Positions 54,441 to 64,000 of a stretch of DNA of 64,000 nt are shown here, piece by piece. The DNA is taken from the NCBI GenBank assembly GCA_030141605.1, contig JAQGDQ010000735.1, forward strand, positions 1 through 64,000, written 5' to 3'. The DNA is from Tubiluchus corallicola (lineage: Eukaryota > Animalia > Priapulida). The notes under the pieces are model-generated. The model did no database searches. It was not told where the DNA came from and saw nothing but the letters and a program-made list of their open reading frames with translations. How positions within the stretch are numbered: position 1 is the stretch's first letter; each line of letters begins with the position of its first letter. The translations under genes were made by a program, and so were the position numbers.

Positions 54441-56792
54441 AGAGAAAAACTGTCAGCATATGAGAACTCGCCTACATTCTGAAAAATTAAAAAACTTGTT
54501 TTAATGAGTAACTGAAGTTTGTCAAAAAAGATTTGTCAAAAACCTTATAGAAGCCAGGCATCACTGTAACCTCATTTCAGACCCTCACTTCAAAATTTTA
54601 GGCATATATGGAATTTACTGGGCAATCTTTTTGGGCTTCGTAACACTGTTCTTAAACCATGTTTTCATTACTACGACCTAGGAACTCACTAGAGTTATTG
54701 ATTCCTGATCGATTATTTTAGTGCTTGTGAGCTGACCTGCTAGAAATGTTGCTCCTACCTGGGTGTTGAGGCATTACTGTTGAAAATATTGGGACAGAAT
54801 TCATTCCCATTATTTTTGGCATTTGGCAGCTTGCACGAATCACTGAAGGATCTAACGGTTAGCCCTAATGGAATGACAGCTCAGCTTTTCATCCTGTGTG
54901 CATTAGTTCACTTTGATTGAAACATTTTCCAAAGCTAAGCATGGGCAAAAATGGTCAGGTTGTAGCATTTTTGTCATTTTCTTATAATTATTATTTACAG
55001 ATCGTTTATCAAGTGTGTACACTACCCTGAGTCCCTGATAATAAATATCTTTACCTTAGTCCCTTGCTTCCTGAAAAAGCTCCTCGGACCACCACGAAAC
55101 TCTAATGTCGCCACTTATCTGCCAGATGAATTCTTACATTAAAACGCACACAAAACGTTTGAGTTCTGATCGTTTCTTATACGATGTTGACTTGCTTTTT
55201 TGTCCTGTGTCAAACTGCAGTGTTGATTAGACTAATTAGATTGCAATTATAATTCACAGACATCCAGGTGCCCGGAACGGCTATTAGTGACCTGTAGACA
55301 AGTTTCAATCTTGGGCGAACTAGTTTTTTTTTCATTAATAAATTATCGATTAGTGATCGTGAGTAGAATGGATTTTCTTGTATTAACTTGGTTTCCCCAG
55401 TGCCAAATGCATATATCGACACGTATCTACACAATGATTCCACTGTAGCACTGCAGGAAAGGTATGGTATGATCAGTAATTAGTGATCGTGATTGATTTA
55501 TTAAAAAAAATAATGCCTGCTGCTCGTTCTGGGATCGAGTGATATCAACTACATTCATTTATGTGTGATTTAAGGTAACAGCAGCTGCTGCAGAGCGAGG
55601 GCGGTACGACAAAATATGTATTCATCACACTGCTTTGTCTTTGCGCAAAACGAAACGCTAGGTAGAAAACAGGGACGACGTAATTAAGTTTATCAAACTA
55701 AATATATTAATGCATTGTTTTTGTTACGTAATTGGGCGGACTGCAAACATGAATCCAGCATGCAACACCAGAACTCGTCACTAATACTGAATTATTGTGG
55801 TGGGACCGGAATCTATCATTTTTGGCTAACTGGCAACTCTTTAAGATGAGGCAATGAACTGGCAGAGGCGTAAAGGCGTATTAAACACGTTTAAATGTGC
55901 ATGCATCCTTCCTCAAAGAAAAGGAAGCAAGAATTTCACCTATAGCAGAAGCAATATTTGTGGCAACAAAACACCCATTTACTAACTAAGCACATTGTTG
56001 CGCAACTTCAGGGACATGTATATAAAAATACGTCAGCACTATTCAGTTGTTCCCTTCACTTGTACCACTTTAATGTAACACGTGATTCCTAAGCATCTGG
56101 ATCGGCTAAACACATGATTCCTTGGTACTTGGATCCGCCGAGTTGCATGGGAAGAGTTACAGCTGATAATAGACAGAAATTCTAATAACAATAGAAAAGC
56201 TGTCTACAGACAAGCAGCAGTTACCATAGACACTTGATCACTAATATCTCCATACATTGTCGTTGATTTGAATAGAAGCAAGGTTAATATTTTATTTATG
56301 AGACATACGTAACCGAAATCATATTGCAGGTGACACGATGTTGCTAATAGAGCAGGCAGAAAAATTATATTTGTTAAGCATTCAGCGATAGCTATTAGTG
56401 TTATTAATTTTTAATATCACCAATATCAACAAGCGACTAGGAGATAAACCTGACAAACTTAGAAAGATACACAACCAAACCAAATGGAAAAAACAAAACG
56501 TCAAATGCCGTCCAATTTTCGAATAACTACTGTTAAAAAATAAACGTACTCAAAAGTTCGTGTCGCCTATTGTACGATCAAGCAGAAATAAAATAGTATA
56601 CCTAAAATTCGACTCATTCGAGCATCCGCATGGATTGAACATCTATTAAGCAAAAATCACAGACAATTTAACGGATTTTTAATGTTGTTTAGAAACTTTG
56701 TGACTAAAGTTCTTACAAATACTGTGATGCAGCTGTTTACTATTAGTATTTTTTTCGGCAGTTTATAAATAACCCGTAAAGCTACAAACACA

Positions 56793-57201
56793 CGCGCATG
56801 CGCGCTTTGCAAAAAAACGTTGCAAAAAGTTATTAGAAATTCACAAATTATGTAAACTGTAAAAAGCTGAGAATGTACTCACTTCTTACCTACTTAATCC
56901 TTAAGCGTGCTGATACATTCAACAATAATTCCCTCTTCTGAGAGCTGACTCACCACTTGCAGTAACTGTTGCTGCCATGTGACTGCTGACTGCGAAGTGG
57001 CTTCCCAAGTTTTACTTTAGTGAAATATACCAATAAACCTAACGGGAAAATAATTTCTTACATATTTAATGCAAGATATCAATATAGTCATGGAAACTGG
57101 TCGTTGGAGCTGGCCATTAACAATTCACCAATCACCTGGTCGTCATGACAACGCCTAAACACTTGGGCTAGGTGAACAATATATTCACTTCCATGGTAAC
57201 C
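56793..57201 (-). promoter_or_regulatory. Candidate CASZ1 promoter / first non-coding exon region
   Basis: Minus-strand donor AG|GTAAGA at 56889. NRF1/EWG-type palindrome CGCGCATGCGCG at 56793-56804. CCAAT boxes near 57030 and 57128, E-box CACCTG at 57133, X-box GTCGTCATGACAAC at 57139-57152. Motif evidence only. Confidence 0.35.
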
Positions 57202-60200
57202 CAGCGTGCAGACGATGAAACGAGCAGTATTGTGAGAAGCTGCAACAAGAGCAGGTAAATTCAATTAGCTTAATGAACCACCAACCAGGTATCCTAGCAC
57301 CGGCGTTTAACTACTACTATAAATTTGTTTGCGATTTTAAGAAAAGAATCCTACATGTACACACTGCTACAGCTTCCAACTGGACCGCTTCATTTGTTTT
57401 TGTATTATGTATGAATTTAGATTTAGTAAAGCGCAGCTGGATTTTTTGCTTTTATTTTTCACATTCAAGGAAAAAACAAACGTCGCAAAAAATCACACTG
57501 AGAAATGGTTATGTGCTTGTGATATTTGAAGGCAGAATCAATCTTAACAGAAATAGTCTAGTGTGTTTGTATTTAGTGGTTTAATGCATTAATGGGTGGC
57601 AGGAACTTTAACATCTGCTCAACAGTAGTTGTTCGAAAACTGCACACCCCTTTGTGTTTCTGCCGTTTCTTTTGTTTGGTTAATTTGACTTCTATAAGAA
57701 TTTTTTGATTCTGTGGGTACTGTTGAGTCTTTTGCTTTGAGTAGGGCCGAGAAAAGTTTGTTGACTTAACGGTTATTTCCTCTGTGATGAATCTCTTTCC
57801 GGGATAATGTTTATCTTTACCTGGCACCCCAAAGAGCGGCATTATGATTCATCCACGGCCGGTCACATCTAACTATTAACCAAGGTCGATGATGCTTAAC
57901 TGAGAAGCGGTGTGCCCTTTCCAAAATTATTTCCAGAAAATTGATTTCTTGAGTATTGACATAGAAACAATAGCTAAGCTAACCCACTGCCTCCCCCTCC
58001 AGCAACATTAGTTCTTAAAGCGACAATATAATCCTGAGCTGAATCCTAATAATCCTATAACCCTAAACTGGTTAAGTAGGTTTGACCATCTATTTACAGC
58101 AGTTTGTTCTCTTTTGGACAAAGATGGTCCAGACGAGTTAGTGAGTAAGCCGCTCAGGTAAACAACAAGAAACCAGAAACTTATTTAATGCACAAGAAAA
58201 CACCATCTTACATAGAGCTTAAAAAATCGTCTTGAAATTTTATACCACCTACGTACTGCCTTTTTGCATACAGGGCTTGCGTCAGCTGTAACGCTCTATA
58301 AAACATGTAAATTTAAACTCCCGCGATGACGCAAAATAATATAGCTTTTCATGGAAAGTTTCTTGGGACATAAGTTTAAAGGAAGACAGGATGAATTTTC
58401 ATAGTACTACCCCCATTTTCAAGTCCGATAAAAAGTATACATTTTAACACACTTTATGCTGCAAAAGCGCATAATTAAATAGTAGATTAAAAACTTAATT
58501 AACAGCAGGCGAGTCCAACTATTGATGACATCACAAACTAACACAATTTTCAGCAGCAAAAATAGTCCACGAGCGTGTTGTACGTGTTTAAGAAAGCGGA
58601 GATTGAAGTACAGTGCTACTGTAAGATATTCAGTGTGTTGTAATATAACTAGGCAAGTTTCAAGACACAAATTTAAATTCAGCTGTCAATTGTGTGTAGT
58701 TCATCACAAAGTAACACACCTGAACTGGGAGGTACAGTACCTATTTTTTGTGGAATGCGTTTTCGAAATGAAACAGGTATTTTTCTGCTTGTTATAAGTA
58801 CAGTTTGATAGTTTCTTGGTAATATTCGAGAAACAATAATATTATTGTTTTCATTGCATATATTATAATTATAGATACAATATTATTTCTCGTATACATC
58901 ATCTCAATTTTTTCCATTTTCTTCTTGCGTATATGTAGAACTGTCGGAGGTGCTATACAAATGCCATTTTGTCATACGGTATATACGTACTTAATCACGA
59001 ACAATGCAGTTTATGAAAAGTTATGATGTATTCACGAATCACGAGCTCGTACGCATTCCCCGTGTATTAACATCTACGCCCACACAATTGTAATAAAATT
59101 GTAATAGAAACAACGGCAACGGCATTTAGTATTAAATGGAAATATGGCTTTTCGGCTTAACAGAGGAACAATATTTAGAACAATCAAAAAGCAGTGTGCC
59201 GTACTGTGTTGCCAGGATGCACACGCTGTCAAATGAATAAAACTGGCAATGAAGTCTGAATTTTAGGCCTATATGAGGTATGAAATTTTGCCAGCTAATA
59301 GTGCGTACTATAATTAAGACAAACAGAAAGGTCAGCTTTTTCTGAACAAAATCATTTTTGGAAACTAACAAACTTAATGCCATTGACGTGCATTTAGTCA
59401 ATGACTTTGCCTAAAAATAGGTTAGTAAAAGTTTGTAGAACAATGCCGTTACCGTTATCGCTGATTTATTCTAGCCTCACTCAGTATTTTTACGGCTTAT
59501 TAGGCTATGACATTTTTTACTAAAACATACACTCATCTAGAAAAACGCTTTCAAACGTTCCAGCACTAAGCTCTGTCGGTAACTCAGTGCAATAGTAAAC
59601 ACATTTCTACTTTATTATATCACCTACCTTTGTAGGTATCAGTACTTTCAACGATCACCCTGTTGAATTTCTAGAAGCCAAACGAGTAGCTTAATTATTG
59701 TAGTTGCTGCTTCGCTGGCACATGTGTAGCTAACATTCTGATCAACCCAATAGCACGATCAGAGCTACCAATAATAACGCAACCAACTGGCACCGTTGCC
59801 ATGGCGTTCTGCTAAAACCTTCAACTTCTGAATCCGTTGCCATAACAACCACTCGTGTTTTTCAGAGTTTATCCCAGAAATAGAGTGGCTGGTGTGAGAG
59901 TGAGTGGTTTTGCAAAAATGTTACAAATCAATCCGGAGGTCGGAAAAACATAATAGTGACGGAAGCCTGATTTCCTTATAAAATAAATACAAACTCCTTG
60001 CGTTTGGAATCATTAAAACTGCAATACAAGCGCATCATGGTAAAATGTTATCATTACTCAGATCGGGGCGATCTTTTTGGACAGCAAAATTCACTAACCT
60101 TGTGCTTTACCTTTATTTAGTGATACCATATAATTATGACACGAGCTATATAAAATGAAAATTATAAAATAGTCAATAAGAAAGCACCATATTGGAGATT

Positions 60201-63200
60201 GATCGTCAATTGTGTGTCGAGACTCTACCGTTGTGGAGAAGCCAGTCAAAGAATTACAAGTCATGTTCTATCTCAAATCTACTTTAATGTGACAGTGTTC
60301 CAAACAATTTAGCAACTATAACTGAATTTCTTAAAAATGAGACTGCCGGTTTACACATGTGAAGACAAGTGGGGAATATTCTGGAGTACAGATTAGGGGC
60401 GTACATAAGTACATAATTATTGTTATTTTGTATTTAAAATTAAAACATTAGAGGCAGGTTGGTCAAACAAAGTAGCGACTCCACAAAATTCTTCCGAGGT
60501 CGTGCGATTAAAAAAATGTAAACAAGATTCGACTTTTATGGCACAGGTGACTAAAGAGTTAAAGTTGTTGAAAAGGCGTCAATTTTGAAAAAGCGGGTGC
60601 TCCCCTTGCTCCCCTATTGGCTACGCCACTGATAATTTTAGTACAAGCTGATGTCCAAGTTAACGACAATCAGTTCAATCCAGAAGTCGTGGAAAGCTAA
60701 AAAGCTTGAGTTCTTGTAAATGCCTTCGTAAAGCAATAAGCAGCATGCTGGCTAGCCGACTAGAATTTCAGTATCTGCAGTAGTAGCTTTACTGAAGCCA
60801 ATTTTTGCACAAAATTTGTTTCGTGTTAACATGAGATTATTGTGTGTATAAGAACGCACTACAGTGAAAAGTGCTTCTCCTAAACCTGAACGTTTCCCAG
60901 GAAAATGGCAGCAAACTAAAACGTGATTATAACATTCCCTCATTATGGAGCCAGCTGGGTTACCGAGGATATAATTATGTCAATAACTCACCATTTTCAC
61001 CTGCCTACTTGGTGACAAGATACGTTTTACATTGAAATTCACACGCGCAATAATTTTATCTGTTCTAATTTCTCCATAACAGTGACCAAATCCACAAGAA
61101 GACAGATTGTTCTGACAAGTTCTGAGTGACAAACTGAGTCGGATTTGCCTGGAACCTGCCACTTATCAAAGATTCGTAAAGTACTTCAATAAGCCTCTTT
61201 TATCACTGCGTTCATAGAAGACGCTCTCAAGACTTCGCGTCATTGGTTCTTAAACTCGACAGTTTGTTCACATTATGCGGTTTGTTGCTGTTTTTTGATA
61301 TCTTTACTTTTGAAATTCCTACGTGCCGAACAGCTACTTATGAATCTTGTTTTCTCTCAGACCGCTTTTCAATGAAATTCTCTGTCAGAAAATTGTTTTT
61401 GTACTACTACAACATCATTGGTCCAAAAGAATGTTAACAGATCCCCCCTGTTGCAACCAAATTAGTTTAAAAATGCCTTTTGTGGGTCTGTTTTATTTTA
61501 ATTATTTTTATGACAACCTTTACCTTGAATAGGTTTTGACTTTATTACGACGGTTTGTACTTAAAAAAATCCAATCACTAGAAACAAAAAATTACCTACC
61601 TAGTGGAACCGAAAATCCATACGATTAGTTTAATAGTAAGTGAAGTAACTTCGTGCAAAACTACACAGTGATTCATTGCGTCCAACAATGCACTGACCAG
61701 TCAGTGACCACTGAAGACCACCAGAACACGCTACTAAACCAGCCGCTTGTACTGGAAACATAAGCTAAATATAACCAGCAGCTCACTAGAAACCTTTTGT
61801 CAGATTTTGCACAGTTTTAGGCTAAATTAAGCGTTTTGCTCAAGTTTCAGTGGATATTCAGTACGCGGTCTATTCATAGAAAGCAGACGAAGCTACACTG
61901 TGATGGGCGCGTGAAGCCTAAACAGTCCAAACTGGAACAAACTGAAAGGCGGGGCTTCTGTATTATTTCGTCTAAACCAAAAGCAGCGTTGAAGGCACGT
62001 TAACTTATCTCAGGTTGTAATTATTGTAACAAGGAATAAGTCTCAGGTAAAAATGAGTGAATCTCATAAGAAGTAGACCTACATGAATTTCTTCTACTAC
62101 GTGTACGTTCTACAAATACTAGCTGAAAAATAGCTGTGTAAGTAAGTCTGCATGTTCAATGCAGCGTGTCATCGCTTGCAATAATCTTTAATTGGCGTAT
62201 AATTATAATGTGGTTAAACGTGTCCAGTTACAGTAGGATATTGATCAAATAATGTGCAATTCACTTTATATGCACGCAATGCACAAGTAAATTTCACTCA
62301 CCGTTACAAGCATTTAAAAGAATTTAATTACAAAATCAGTTATTCTGGCCAAAATGCTGTACTTTTTCTTTTCATGGAGGTGGGATGATAGTGATGGTGG
62401 TAGTTAGTGGTGAGCGGGCGGCGACAACGACAGTGACTTCGCGTGTAAGCAGCTAGAGTGACTAGACTATTATTTGTTGAGCTGTAGGATCTCGACTTCA
62501 GTAACTTAATCGCAGTGAGTTAAGCTTGTTAATGCTGATCGTTTTAGTCAGCAAGCTACGTTTCATTCTATTATTATGTAGATTAGGCCTACATTTTTTT
62601 AAACTGTATCGGTTTCGAAACTTGAATAGTCTCTGAAGATTAATTATAGAAACTTTTAAATCATTTTGTTATTAGTACAAAATCTCCCAAGAAGAGCAAA
62701 GTGCTGCAATACTTAAAATAAAACATCCTACGAAATTTCATGAACATGACTGCATACGAATACTCGCACGGAAAATACAGAAAATATTAAACTCTCAGTA
62801 CTGTGTTTGTGCGCGTGCGCGTGAAATGCATGTCTTTTCTCTATACTGACATAAAAATGAATATTCAGTTTAATTAATGTGACATGCACTTTAATGTACG
62901 GTTGTAATCATTCCCTGGATATTTAATCAAAACAGCTTATTAAAAAATTATACCAAAATTATCATTTTCACATTTCTATATTTTAATACGGAAAAGTATT
63001 GTCTACCGTGGAAGTATAAATAAACATTCGCAGCAACTTTATAATGGGTATTTAAATTGGTTTACTTTGTTTGCCTATTTCAGACCATTGCAAAAAGTAT
63101 ACGTAACACAAAATAAAAGCTAAATGATCGTACATTGGCTCTAATAAGATGATGGACTCGAAGTAAAGTTGCGCTTTGTACTCGAACTAACACCCGCGTG

Positions 63201-64000
63201 GATTACAAATGCTTTAATCACGCTAACTAGCCTTATGAGCAACTAAACAAATGGAAAAGATGACAAGTGTTGCTTGAGCTATACAAACTAGGAAGTCCTT
63301 GTTAGAGTCTCTTTATTTAGTTATTAAAAACTTTTACTAATCATTGAAATATTTTTTTAAATAAGGACGTGCATATTGAATTCTAAATAAATGGACGTGC
63401 AAATTTGTAAGTTTGTGTCGTATCTGCACAGACTGTTTACACAGCATTTTGACAGCAATTATTGATTAATTTTCTAACTAAAAATAAAATCCTGCTGATT
63501 ATCATAGCTATTTTATTTGGCCCAGACTTGATTGCGTTTTATTTTTGTTTTGCTTTTTCTCCGATAGGTGGCAGGCTATGGTATTTCGTAAAGCTGATCA
63601 CCGGTAAATACCTTCATCAGAATCTCTGGCAAAAATTGTACGAATGCACAAAACTCGGCAAAAGTAAAATTATTGCTTTACCCTCACAAAAGCAGCAAGG
63701 GTAATTTTCTGGCTGTTATCGCAAACTAGACATCGTCACATTAGTTTTTTTATTAATTATTGTAAAATTACAACGGACGGTTCCGTAAAAATTTAAAACG
63801 CATTAAGGAACTAAGCCAATGTTAACTTATTATTTAAATGTAAATTAAGATTTTCTACAAAATGTTAAGCAAACAAAACTGTACGTATAAGTCTGTCTTA
63901 AAAGAAAGTGCATAAAACTATTTTTGCAGTAGTTTAGGAGCGGATTCAAGACTGTTGCAAGTTGTCATATATAAATAAGACAAAAATGTGTACTTGCTAT

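Noticed and set aside
60394-60631. Possible element with TAGGGGCGTA / TACGCCACTG ends
   Set aside because: Only a short TIR match, no target duplication, and no second copy in the window.

Overview
AT-rich, intron-rich animal (invertebrate-like) genomic DNA; the species cannot be determined from sequence alone. Three protein-coding genes could be rebuilt exon by exon with consistent GT-AG phases. (1) Spatacsin/SPG11: exons 1-17 lie on the minus strand (23775->2072), but two further-downstream SPG11 exons lie on the PLUS strand (714-825, 1394-1553), so the two parts face each other across about 520 bp. (2) A 9-exon SLC5A7/CHT1-family Na+:solute symporter (+, 27030-36720, 562 aa) with a remodelled choline-binding aromatic cage. 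(3) A 10-coding-exon Castor/CASZ1 zinc-finger gene (-, 54440->39583, ~1691 aa). SPG11 intron 3 is a U12-type intron. Introns carry many MITE families (one nested), CR1-type LINE remnants and microsatellites. The main finding is the opposite-strand split of SPG11: an intragenic inversion, trans-splicing, or misassembly. All homology calls come from recalled protein motifs, not database searches.
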